Shown here: piece after piece, positions 46,251 through 55,103 of the stretch
Layout of the letters: each line of letters begins with the position of its first letter
How positions within the stretch are numbered: position 1 is the stretch's first letter
From: Eubacteriales bacterium
GTDB taxonomy: Bacteria > Bacillota > Clostridia > Oscillospirales > QAKW01
Assembly: GCA_045546895.1 (NCBI GenBank)
Contig: JAZQDS010000068.1
Span: 2,255-66,254, forward strand
Direction of reading: 5' to 3'
DNA: 64,000 bases
Program-made: the position numbers and the translations under genes
The notes under the pieces: generated by a model
Told to the model about the DNA's origin: nothing
Databases searched by the model: none
What the model saw: the letters and a program-made list of their open reading frames with translations, nothing else

Positions 46251-47327
46251 ATGAAAAAGAAATTGATTATTCCTGTGATTTTGGTTGCTTTAATCCTGAT
46301 CGTTATTGTTTGCGGCATCATCTTGCTGCCTAAAATTCGGGCGTATATGCCGTATTATTATGATAAAACAGGGAAGAACCAGCAGGACATTTCTTATACT
46401 TTGATCATTGATAAAAATGACTATGAAAACGAGGTTGCCAAAAAGCTTGCTGAAAATGATGTTATTTGCTCCTCTGTTCGCTTTTTGAATTATATTCATT
46501 CCAAGCATCCCGATTTTGTTTGGTATAACGGAGTATATCATCTGAATGCTAATATGTCTTATGCCGAGCTTTGTGAAGCACTTACTAAGCCTGATGATTT
46601 ACTCAGTTATATCAAATTTACGATTCCGGAGGGCAAAAATGTTGCAGAGATTGCGAAGATTGTTGCCCAAAGCGGTCTTTGCTCCTCCGCGGAGTTTTTA
46701 GATGCTGCAGATTCTTATGATTATGATTTTATATATATGGATGAGCTCAAAAAACGGGATCAATCTTTGATCATTTATAAGCTTGAGGGTTTTCTTTTTC
46801 CGGCAACCTATGAATTTCGTGCAGATACTACCGATGCACACGATATTGTTGCAAAAATGCTGGCAACCTTCGAGGAATATGTTTCTGCTGAACTGATTGA
46901 AAAGGCAAAAAAAATGGGGCTGAGCGTTAATGAATTTGTTTCTCTTGCGGCTGTTATTCAGGGCGAGGCCTATAATACCGAAACGATGACCGGTGTATCC
47001 TCAGTTTTTTGGAATCGCTTGAATTCTTCTGCATTTCCGCGTCTGCAATCTGATCCTACAACCAATTATTGCAACGATTTCTTGAAAGGGCATCCCAAGT
47101 ATACTGCCGCTATTTCCGAGGCGTATGATACCTATCGATGCTCCGGAATTCCTGTTGGTGCAATTAATTGTCCGGGGATGGATGCATTAAATTCTGTTGT
47201 TGCTCCCTTGGATACGGATTATTTTTATTTTGTTACCGATATTAACGGGAAATTTTATTTCAATAAAAATTTATCCGGGCATAATCAAACTATTCAATCT
47301 TTAAAGAATCAAGGACTTTGGGCTTAA
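46251..47327 (+). CDS. mltG: endolytic murein transglycosylase MltG (YceG-like)
   Basis: ORF 46233.. trimmed to ATG 46251. N-terminal TM, and YceG motifs (LEGFLFPATYEF, ASIIQ-like AAVIQGEA, VFWNRL, LQSDPT, YDTYRCSGIPVGAINCPG). Confidence 0.88.
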   Translation: MKKKLIIPVILVALILIVIVCGIILLPKIRAYMPYYYDKTGKNQQDISYTLIIDKNDYENEVAKKLAENDVICSSVRFLNYIHSKHPDFVWYNGVYHLNANMSYAELCEALTKPDDLLSYIKFTIPEGKNVAEIAKIVAQSGLCSSAEFLDAADSYDYDFIYMDELKKRDQSLIIYKLEGFLFPATYEFRADTTDAHDIVAKMLATFEEYVSAELIEKAKKMGLSVNEFVSLAAVIQGEAYNTETMTGVSSVFWNRLNSSAFPRLQSDPTTNYCNDFLKGHPKYTAAISEAYDTYRCSGIPVGAINCPGMDALNSVVAPLDTDYFYFVTDINGKFYFNKNLSGHNQTIQSLKNQGLWA

Positions 47328-47328
47328 A

Positions 47329-48972
47329 ATGCTACATATTATTCAACAATCGTCATTAGAAAAAATAAAGCCCGGCTGCCGGGAGTTTAAACCGAATTAT
47401 GAATCGGCAAGCGTTTTGGCGGGTGAAGAATTTGCTTATCAAATTGTGCTTTATACCGATTCCGATCAGCCGGAGGAATTTTCCTTCAAAGGCGGCTTGG
47501 GTTTGCGGCCGGAATTCTATTTGGTAAAGCAAGTTCCCGTTACTTGGCCCCACTACAGCAATGATCCCCATAACGATTATCTATTGGATGAGCCGGGTCT
47601 GCTGCCGGATTGCCTTGTTCCTCTCGGTGATCGCAGAACCATTACTGTTTCGAAAATTGCAACCGTTTTATGGGTGGTTGTTCGCCCGCTTGGCGCTTGC
47701 GATTTTGATCTGGATCTTTGCTTTTATAACGATAGGGAAAGCTATACAACGCATTTTTATTTGCATATTATTTATGCAAGAATGCCGAAATATTGGTTCA
47801 CTATCGGGGAATATATTGATCCATGGACGATTGCCGATGCGCATAATGTTCCGATGTATTCCTCTGAACATTGGGATTTATTAAAGAAGTATTTTGAGGT
47901 GGCTGCTAAAAATGGGGTTACCGATTTGATTACGCCGGTATTTACGCCCGATTTTGATGAACCTAACAAAAATCCCATCGTTCAGTTGGTGCGATTCACT
48001 TCGGATAAGCCCAATATTTATGATTTTACAATCAACTACGATTTGCTGGATTGCTGGGTTTCTCTTGCAATGAGCGCAGGAATTGAGGCGATTACGATTC
48101 CGCCGCTTTTTCCTTCGCTCAAAACCTTACGCTGTCTTTATGTTGAAACTAAACGCGGCTATAAAAATGTGCCGTTGTTTGACGAAAATCAAACTATTTT
48201 CAGCCATGAATATACTCAATTTGTTTTGAAATTTTCCCGCAGCCTTCTGCGCCATTTGAAAAAAATTAAAAACAACTTGAGAATTACTTTTCAATTAACC
48301 AATGATGTTTCGCGGGAGACAATATATAATTATCAACGCTGCCGTGATATTATCCAAGGTGCGATCAAAACAGTACGTTTGATGGATTTGAATGTTGATA
48401 TCGAATATCATAAGCTGGGGATCAGCGTTTCTAATGTAATTCCATTCAAAAATATGGAGCCTTTTATTTCGGTTGATAACGATCGTCTGATCGCATCCTT
48501 TGATATTTATTCGCCTGATGATATTATTAATCCTTTGATCGCGGCGCCTTCTTTGCGCCTTCGCTGCATCGGTGCATTATGTTATCGCTACGATATTATC
48601 GGGTTGCATAATCGCGGTTTTAATAGTTGTAACGGTCGGCTGGATCGCAATCGTCTGAATCCTTATTTGGACAATGATGGCGAACTTTCCTATCCTTCGG
48701 GAAGCAGATCCTGGATTTATCCCGGTCGCGATGGTCCTTTGGAATCTGTTCGTTTGAAGCAACTTTATTATGCGTTGCAAGATATGGCGGTTTTCGATTT
48801 TGCTGAACGGTTTACAACCAGAAGGCAGATGACAATGATGGTCGATAAAGAGCTTGGTATTTCTTTCAAGAAATATCCGGATGATCCCGAGCGTTTGTTT
48901 GCATTGCGCAATCGCGCAATTGCTTTAATCGAAGAGCGGGTCAAGAAACCGAAGTTTTCAAGATATAAGTGA
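47329..48972 (+). CDS. DUF4091-like (putative glycoside-hydrolase-fold) protein
   Basis: 547 aa with no signal peptide. The N-terminal beta-sandwich-like part and the PDCLVPL motif are as I remember for DUF4091. The start is 2 nt after the mltG stop. Confidence 0.5.
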   Translation: MLHIIQQSSLEKIKPGCREFKPNYESASVLAGEEFAYQIVLYTDSDQPEEFSFKGGLGLRPEFYLVKQVPVTWPHYSNDPHNDYLLDEPGLLPDCLVPLGDRRTITVSKIATVLWVVVRPLGACDFDLDLCFYNDRESYTTHFYLHIIYARMPKYWFTIGEYIDPWTIADAHNVPMYSSEHWDLLKKYFEVAAKNGVTDLITPVFTPDFDEPNKNPIVQLVRFTSDKPNIYDFTINYDLLDCWVSLAMSAGIEAITIPPLFPSLKTLRCLYVETKRGYKNVPLFDENQTIFSHEYTQFVLKFSRSLLRHLKKIKNNLRITFQLTNDVSRETIYNYQRCRDIIQGAIKTVRLMDLNVDIEYHKLGISVSNVIPFKNMEPFISVDNDRLIASFDIYSPDDIINPLIAAPSLRLRCIGALCYRYDIIGLHNRGFNSCNGRLDRNRLNPYLDNDGELSYPSGSRSWIYPGRDGPLESVRLKQLYYALQDMAVFDFAERFTTRRQMTMMVDKELGISFKKYPDDPERLFALRNRAIALIEERVKKPKFSRYK

Positions 48973-48980
48973 GGTAAAAA

Positions 48981-50075
48981 ATGAAATTAGGTATTGTTGG
49001 TTTACCCAATGTTGGAAAAAGTACATTATTTAATGCAATTACCAATGCAAAGGCGCAATCTGCAAATTATCCTTTTTGCACAATCGATCCTAATGTTGGT
49101 GTTGTTTGTGTTCCCGATAAACGGCTGGATGTTTTGGCTGAAATGAATGCCTCTAAAAAGATTGTTCCTGCGGTTATTGAATTTGTTGATATTGCAGGCT
49201 TGGTTAAGGGTGCTTCCAAAGGGGAAGGGCTTGGTAATAAGTTTTTGGGCAATATCCGCGAAGTAGATGCCATTGTTCATGTTGTTCGCTGCTTCGAGGA
49301 TACAAACATTGTTCATGTTGATGGCTCGGTGGATCCCATTCGCGATATTGATACCATTAATCTTGAACTGATTTTTGCCGATATGGAGCTTGCCGATAAG
49401 ATGCGGGATCGCGCAGCAAAGCTTGCTAAGGGCGATAAAAAGCATTTAAACGAGGTTGCGCTTTTTGAGCGTATTAAGGAAACCTTGGAGGCTGAAAAGT
49501 TTGTTGGAACAATGGAATTCAATGATGATGAGATGGAAATTTTGAAAACCGTTTCATTTCTTACCAACAAACCCGTTATCTATGCCGCGAATGTTTGCGA
49601 GGAAGACTTTAAAAATGGCAAGCTGAGCAATGCATATATTTCAGCAGTGGAAGAGCGTGCGGCCAATGAAAATGCAGAAGTACTGGTTATTTGTGCGCGT
49701 CTTGAGGAAGAAATCAGCGAGCTGAGCGAAGAAGAAAAGGAGCTTTTTCTTGCAGAACTCGGCTTTGAGCATAGCGGCCTTGATCGGATGATATCCACCT
49801 GCTATAATCTGCTTGGTTTGATAAGCTATATTACCAGCGGCGAGATGGAAACAAAAGCTTGGACCATTACCGAGGGGACCAAGGCGCCTCAGGCTGCCGG
49901 AAAGATTCATACTGATTTTGAGCGTGGTTTTATCCGTGCAGAGGTGGTTGCTTATACCGATCTTATTGAATGCGGGTCTATGGTTGCCGCAAAGGAAAAG
50001 GGCTTGGTACGCAGCGAAGGAAAAGAATATGTTATGAAAGACGGAGATGTTGTTTTATTCCGCTTTAATGTTTAA
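48981..50075 (+). CDS. ychF: redox-regulated ATPase YchF
   Basis: [17 protein letters not shown]-loop, [10 protein letters not shown], and a C-terminal TGS/YchF domain. Confidence 0.95.
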   Translation: MKLGIVGLPNVGKSTLFNAITNAKAQSANYPFCTIDPNVGVVCVPDKRLDVLAEMNASKKIVPAVIEFVDIAGLVKGASKGEGLGNKFLGNIREVDAIVHVVRCFEDTNIVHVDGSVDPIRDIDTINLELIFADMELADKMRDRAAKLAKGDKKHLNEVALFERIKETLEAEKFVGTMEFNDDEMEILKTVSFLTNKPVIYAANVCEEDFKNGKLSNAYISAVEERAANENAEVLVICARLEEEISELSEEEKELFLAELGFEHSGLDRMISTCYNLLGLISYITSGEMETKAWTITEGTKAPQAAGKIHTDFERGFIRAEVVAYTDLIECGSMVAAKEKGLVRSEGKEYVMKDGDVVLFRFNV

Positions 50076-50076
50076 A

Positions 50077-50110
50077 AAATAGACGGTAGCAAAAGCTACC
50101 GTCTATTTTA
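50077..50110. terminator. bidirectional terminator (ychF / small minus-strand ORF)
   Basis: AAATAGACGGTAGC-AAAA-GCTACCGTCTATTT. The stop of ORF 50103..50348 lies in the right arm. Confidence 0.75.
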
Positions 50111-50348
50111 TAATGCAATACGCCAACAACGCAATGAACGCGGCAAGTAGTAGAAAAAAACTGATTTTCCATCGATTTTTATTCTTACTGCGCACTCTTA
50201 TATTAGCATTGATCATTTTTTCACATTCTTTTACCATATTGGTATGCGAAACCTTTGATCCGGTCTTTAAAATAAATATAGCTTGCTCAAAGATCTCGCT
50301 TTCCGGATTATTTAATAAAACAATTTGCTTTCCAACACCCTTAATCAT
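50103..50348 (-). CDS. hypothetical 81-aa protein with a C-terminal TM anchor
   Basis: GAGGTG RBS 5 nt before ATG 50348. It has a soluble N-terminal ~45 aa, a basic stretch and one C-terminal TM. It lies 41 nt downstream of the spoIIE stop on the same strand. Confidence 0.45.
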   Translation of the reverse strand: MIKGVGKQIVLLNNPESEIFEQAIFILKTGSKVSHTNMVKECEKMINANIRVRSKNKNRWKISFFLLLAAFIALLAYCIIK

Positions 50349-50389
50349 TCCTACACCTCTTTGGATAGTATGATGTATGCTTCAAGGGA

Positions 50390-52552
50390 TTATTCTGTAT
50401 TTTTCTGGATTTTACAGGCAATAACGGTTATATCATCTTCATTATTCTCGTATTCGCTGATTGTTCGAAGCATTTTTTTGCAAAAAATCTTTGGATCCGG
50501 ATCATAAGAATTTAGAATTAAAGCCTCAATATCGGGATGAACGCAGATTCCATCGGTGACCATTAATAAAATATCATTTTCGCTCACGGAATAAGACGTA
50601 TGCTTCATTTTTTCTTGATCGCAAAGCTCCGGCGGAATTCCGCCGCCTTTAATTGTAATAATCTCATCTTTATGAATGATATAGCTATCAAATGCTCCTG
50701 CTTTATAAAAGGCTGCAACGCCGCTGTTCAAATCAATGCAGCAAATATCAAGCGTTGAGAAATATTCCTGATCATCAAAGCGCGAAACAGATCGATAAGC
50801 ATTAATTGCGCAGGGAATACTCAATCCTCCTCCGATTAATCTTTTTAAGATATTGATTGTTTGCTTACTTTTTAGGCTTGCTTCTTTTCCGCTTCCCATT
50901 CCATCGGATAGAATTAATATATATTTGCTATTGCCGATTGAAAATCCTAAGGCGCTGTCGCCGCAAAATTGCTCTTCCTTCTTTGTTTTGCAAAGAGCGG
51001 CGCAATCGGCTCTGAATTGATCAGTTTCCCGCAGAAATGCGGTAATATATTCTTCATTTCGGAGAAGACGGCAGCTGAAACTGTGATTAAAAATGGATTC
51101 GGCGGTTTCAATTATGATTTTTTCATAGAGGAGCTGTTCATTCTTTTCGAAGGTTATTTTGGCGGTCTTAATTCCTTTTTCATCGGTAGCGATTGCGATC
51201 TCTTGAATGGCCAATCTTCTTTTTTCAAGGGCGCAGCGCAATTCCTTTTCTTCCTTTTCAAAAAAACGAATTGGCTTTGTGGCTGAATTGATTTTATATT
51301 CCATTTGCTTTGAAATTCGCTCCAATTGCTCCGCAAGTTCCTCAAAGCTTCCGGCTGTTTCAGAATATAAACATTCTTCAACGATATTTTTCATTGCCGA
51401 GGGTTTTACGCAAAAGGGAATGGCTGCCTCAATACTTTTTATATGATTATTTTCTCGAAATTCATCCTTGAGCTGTTCCAATCCGCTCTTGATTTCTGCC
51501 AAGCTGGCATGGTAGCAATCGGCTGATTTGGGGCAGATCGCTTCACAGTTTCTTTTACACACATGGATAAGCGTTGAAGACTTTATATTTCTTTTATTTT
51601 CCTGCGCCGGATTGCGTAAAATAAAAAAATCAGAAAGTAGCTTTCGTAACGGACGCTTGGGGATAAAAAATACAATTGTAAACGCAATTAACGGTTCGGC
51701 AAACCAATAGTAATTCCAAGGAAATTTTCCCATAAATATTAGTACAACATCATAAACTAAAATAAATGCAGTCATCCCTAATCGATCCGAGAGAACTGAA
51801 AAAACGCATCCCGTGAGGGTGCCGATTGTCATTGCCGAAAAAATCAAATCTCCGCCGTTTCCGATTGCTGCCATAACAATACCTAAAAAGCATCCCAAAA
51901 CGGCGGTATGGCTTATTTTTAAGCAGGATAGACTTAAAAAATAAAGAATAATTGCTGCGATGCGCGAGAGATTCATTTGGAAGATTACAGTGTTGTGCAG
52001 AGTAGCTAAAAATAGAATGACCGTAATCATTGCGGCAATTAATTCGCGCGATGTTAGAAAACAGCCTTTTTTAAATGCCTTGGCAGCATAATTAACAAAA
52101 TAGATGCAGCAACAAATCAAAAGGCTTTCGACTATAAGGACTAAAACATGAAAAATGCTGATTTCATCAACCAATAAGAATATAAAACCGGCGGTAAAAT
52201 TAGATGCCGCCGTAATAATTGATGTGTCGCCTTTAATAACATGGGTTGATTTTTGAAAAACCATATATACGGTATAAAGCATTGTAAGAGCTGTTATGTA
52301 TTTGAATAACGTGAGGCGAAAAGGTGCGGTTAACAGCCCTAATGTGCTACCGAGATAACAAAAGGTAGGGGAGAGGCGAAGCGAAGAAGATGAGGATAGC
52401 AATATTAATGAAAATGGTGATAAATCGTCTAAAAATCTGCATCTTCCCGTGATAAAACCGAGAAGAGCAGATAAACAATAACGTAAAACTAAATAAAACC
52501 CCGTTGTCATAACGGATTGTATCTTTTGAATGTGATTTTCTACCTTTATCAT
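50390..52552 (-). CDS. spoIIE: stage II sporulation protein E (membrane PP2C phosphatase)
   Basis: 720 aa. About 10 N-terminal TM segments, a central regulatory region and a C-terminal PP2C domain (GDSALGF...ILILSDGMGSGKEA...LMVTDGI). Confidence 0.88.
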   Translation of the reverse strand: MIKVENHIQKIQSVMTTGFYLVLRYCLSALLGFITGRCRFLDDLSPFSLILLSSSSSLRLSPTFCYLGSTLGLLTAPFRLTLFKYITALTMLYTVYMVFQKSTHVIKGDTSIITAASNFTAGFIFLLVDEISIFHVLVLIVESLLICCCIYFVNYAAKAFKKGCFLTSRELIAAMITVILFLATLHNTVIFQMNLSRIAAIILYFLSLSCLKISHTAVLGCFLGIVMAAIGNGGDLIFSAMTIGTLTGCVFSVLSDRLGMTAFILVYDVVLIFMGKFPWNYYWFAEPLIAFTIVFFIPKRPLRKLLSDFFILRNPAQENKRNIKSSTLIHVCKRNCEAICPKSADCYHASLAEIKSGLEQLKDEFRENNHIKSIEAAIPFCVKPSAMKNIVEECLYSETAGSFEELAEQLERISKQMEYKINSATKPIRFFEKEEKELRCALEKRRLAIQEIAIATDEKGIKTAKITFEKNEQLLYEKIIIETAESIFNHSFSCRLLRNEEYITAFLRETDQFRADCAALCKTKKEEQFCGDSALGFSIGNSKYILILSDGMGSGKEASLKSKQTINILKRLIGGGLSIPCAINAYRSVSRFDDQEYFSTLDICCIDLNSGVAAFYKAGAFDSYIIHKDEIITIKGGGIPPELCDQEKMKHTSYSVSENDILLMVTDGICVHPDIEALILNSYDPDPKIFCKKMLRTISEYENNEDDITVIACKIQKNTE

Positions 52553-52581
52553 GGGGATCTCCTTTGGGATGTTTTTAACCC

Positions 52582-52614
52582 ATTATACCGATTTACTCTA
52601 TATTAATTTGTCAA
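52582..52614 (-). promoter_or_regulatory. spoIIE promoter candidate with a 21-bp spacer (Spo0A-type geometry)
   Basis: On the minus strand, TTGACA (52614-52609), exactly 21 bp, then TATAAT (52587-52582). A near-0A box (TGTCAAA on the plus strand, 52609-52615) overlaps the -35-like hexamer. AAGGAG RBS precedes ATG 52552. Confidence 0.45.
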
Positions 52615-52708
52615 AAAAACTGATGTATCATAAAATTTTCAAAAAATACATAGATATTTAGATTAATATCCGTTATAATTATAAAAAAACAAAACGATTG
52701 GAATAAAA

Positions 52709-53755
52709 ATGTTTAATCAACCGAAAAAAATTGTTGATCCTCTTTTGGATTGGTATCGAAAAAATAAACGTGATCTGCCTTGGCGCCACAATCCTACTCC
52801 GTATCGAGTTTGGATTTCTGAGATTATGCTTCAGCAAACACGTGTAGAGCCTGTGATCCCATATTATAATCGTTTCATGGAGTCTGCTCCAAGCGTTGAA
52901 ACATTAGCTGATATGCCGGAGGATCAGTTGATGAAGCTCTGGGAAGGGCTTGGTTATTATAGTCGCGCCAGAAATCTGCATAAGGCTGCAAAAATAATTG
53001 CAGAGCGGGGCGCTTTTCCTGCAACCTTTAAAGAATGGCTTTCCTTACCGGGAATCGGGGAATACACAGCCGGTGCAATCTGCTCCATTGCGCTCGGGCT
53101 GCCGACACCCGCTGTTGACGGAAATGTTTTGCGCGTGATTTCGCGCGTTGCGGGTTCTTTTGATGACATTGCGGATATTGAAACCAAAAAGCGATTTACT
53201 GCTGTTTTACGCGATATTTATCCGCATGATGCAACCTCTGATTTTACGCAAGCACTGATGGAATTAGGTGCAATGATCTGCATACCAAACGGCAAACCTC
53301 TTTGCTCATCATGCCCGCTTGCAGACCTTTGCGCAGCATATCGAGAGGGGCTTATTGATCAGATTCCTGTTAAGGCAAAAAAGAAAGAACGAAAAATCGA
53401 AGTGAGAACTGTTTTAATTCTGCGACATAGCAATATGATCGCGCTTCAAAAGCGCCCAAGCAGCGGGTTACTTGCGGGATTATGGGAATTTCCTAATTTT
53501 AAGGATCTCTCAATTGATGAGCTTCTTCACTCTCGGTTTAGAGGAATAGATTTTGATTCTGTTACTGCGCTGGGAAAATCCAACCATATTTTTACGCATA
53601 TTGAATGGCACATGGAAGGATATGAACTGCTGATTCCTCAAAAAATTGATGGTTATGAATGGTTTTCCATTGATAATATTCTTTTTGATAAAGCGGTTCC
53701 GAGCGCATTCCGTCATTATATTAATTATTTGAAAAATCTTCGTTATGAGGTGTAA
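52709..53755 (+). CDS. mutY: A/G-specific adenine DNA glycosylase MutY
   Basis: YRVWISEIMLQQT, the HhH motif LPGIGEYTAGAI, the Fe-S Cys cluster C...CSSCPLADLC, and a C-terminal NUDIX-like domain. Confidence 0.9.
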   Translation: MFNQPKKIVDPLLDWYRKNKRDLPWRHNPTPYRVWISEIMLQQTRVEPVIPYYNRFMESAPSVETLADMPEDQLMKLWEGLGYYSRARNLHKAAKIIAERGAFPATFKEWLSLPGIGEYTAGAICSIALGLPTPAVDGNVLRVISRVAGSFDDIADIETKKRFTAVLRDIYPHDATSDFTQALMELGAMICIPNGKPLCSSCPLADLCAAYREGLIDQIPVKAKKKERKIEVRTVLILRHSNMIALQKRPSSGLLAGLWEFPNFKDLSIDELLHSRFRGIDFDSVTALGKSNHIFTHIEWHMEGYELLIPQKIDGYEWFSIDNILFDKAVPSAFRHYINYLKNLRYEV

Positions 53756-53758
53756 AAA

Positions 53759-54289
53759 ATGAAACATATTTTAAAAACAGCGGGTTCATTATTATTAGAT
53801 CAGTTTATCGGTTCCATTGCTGCATGTATGCTTGTGGTGTGTGTTGCGGTGTTATTTAAGCAAAGCCTACTCGGCTTTGTTCTTGCATTTGTTATTGCAT
53901 TTGCATTCTATGCTTATATTACTTATAATTCTTCTTTTAAAGCAGGATTTCGCAATGTAAATCGCATTCAGCATGATCCTTCTTATAAAGCTTATTGGTA
54001 TAACGGCGCTTTGGCGGGTTTGATATCTGCGATTCCTCTCTTGGGATTTTTTATTTGGTTTTTGATTTCCGGAGCAGGGATTGTTGCGGTTTATTTTATG
54101 ATCTGTGATATGTATTGGACATGGCCGCTTTCAAATATTTTTCCTAACCACCGCTTGCTTGTAATGTGCCTTGCATTCCTGCCGATAATTGTAATTCCCT
54201 GGATCGGCTATATTGCGGGATACAAAAACTTTTTACTTTCTGATGTCGCGATGAAGTTTTATAAAAAAATCACTGATAAAAGTGAATAA
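53759..54289 (+). CDS. hypothetical integral membrane protein (4-5 TM)
   Basis: Clean ORF that starts 3 nt after the mutY stop and is followed by a strong terminator. I recognise no family. Confidence 0.5.
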   Translation: MKHILKTAGSLLLDQFIGSIAACMLVVCVAVLFKQSLLGFVLAFVIAFAFYAYITYNSSFKAGFRNVNRIQHDPSYKAYWYNGALAGLISAIPLLGFFIWFLISGAGIVAVYFMICDMYWTWPLSNIFPNHRLLVMCLAFLPIIVIPWIGYIAGYKNFLLSDVAMKFYKKITDKSE

Positions 54290-54314
54290 AAAAGAGCCCA
54301 CCGGGCTCTTTTTT
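54290..54314 (+). terminator. intrinsic terminator
   Basis: AAAAGAGCCC-ACC-GGGCTCTTTT followed by a T run. Confidence 0.75.
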
Positions 54315-54350
54315 CATATTTATGGAGGCTTGTTCATATAGTTTTTTGAG

Positions 54351-55043
54351 GTGGTTATATTGATAAAGCATAAAATAGTTGGAGTTACTGTTGTATTTTT
54401 TATTTCTGCGGTATTTACCTTGATTTCGTTTGCTATGGGGCAGATTTCTAATATCCGCGCAACCTCAGCAATAAAACCAAAATATATTATTGATGCCGGC
54501 CATGGCTTACCGGATGGCGGTGCGGTAGGATCGGACGGCACAACAGAGCAGGAATTGAATCTCGCTTTGGCACAGGCCCTTTCAAGGCGATTAAAGGCGA
54601 ATAAAATTAATCATATCTTAACAAGAGAAGATGAAAACAGTATCTTCAGCGAAGGGGAGAGTATTCACGAAAAGAAGGTGTCCGATATTCGCAATCGAAT
54701 TATTATGGCAAATAATTATTCGGAGGCTTGCTTTTTGAGTATTCATATGAATACTTTTTCGGAACCTTCTGTGTATGGCATTCAAGTATTCTATTCTGAA
54801 AAAACCAAAGCAATGGCGATAAACCTTCAAAATGAAATTAATCAAAAAATGCAGCCGGAGCATACCAAGAGTGCAAAACCCATACCTCAAAATGTTTATC
54901 TCTTTTCACATATTGAAAATCCGGCAATCTTGATCGAATGTGGTTTTATTTCAAATCAGGAGGAATTATCAAAATTGAAACAAGAGGAATATCGCAATAA
55001 TTTAGCTACTGTAATTATTGAAGCAATTGAGAAGGACGGTTGA
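54351..55043 (+). CDS. cwlD: germination-specific N-acetylmuramoyl-L-alanine amidase CwlD
   Basis: N-terminal TM, then IIDAGHGLPDGGAVG, and an Amidase_3 core (SIHMN, ILIECGF). The start is uncertain: GTG 54351 or TTG 54360, which is better spaced from GAGG. Confidence 0.82.
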   Translation: MVILIKHKIVGVTVVFFISAVFTLISFAMGQISNIRATSAIKPKYIIDAGHGLPDGGAVGSDGTTEQELNLALAQALSRRLKANKINHILTREDENSIFSEGESIHEKKVSDIRNRIIMANNYSEACFLSIHMNTFSEPSVYGIQVFYSEKTKAMAINLQNEINQKMQPEHTKSAKPIPQNVYLFSHIENPAILIECGFISNQEELSKLKQEEYRNNLATVIIEAIEKDG

Positions 55044-55068
55044 CTTTGAGTGCAAAATAAAGTAAAAT
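55040..55068 (+). promoter_or_regulatory. sigmaA-type promoter candidate for radA
   Basis: TTGACT (55040-55045), a 17-bp spacer, then TAAAAT (55063-55068). Confidence 0.4.
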
Positions 55069-55103
55069 TATAACAAGATATTAAAAGGCGGTTGTTTAAA
55101 AAT

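Noticed and set aside
50113-50373. An 86-aa plus-strand ORF overlapping the small minus-strand gene downstream of spoIIE.
   Set aside because: It has no RBS, begins inside the ychF terminator hairpin and has an implausible composition. The minus-strand ORF has a good RBS and a coherent tail-anchored topology.
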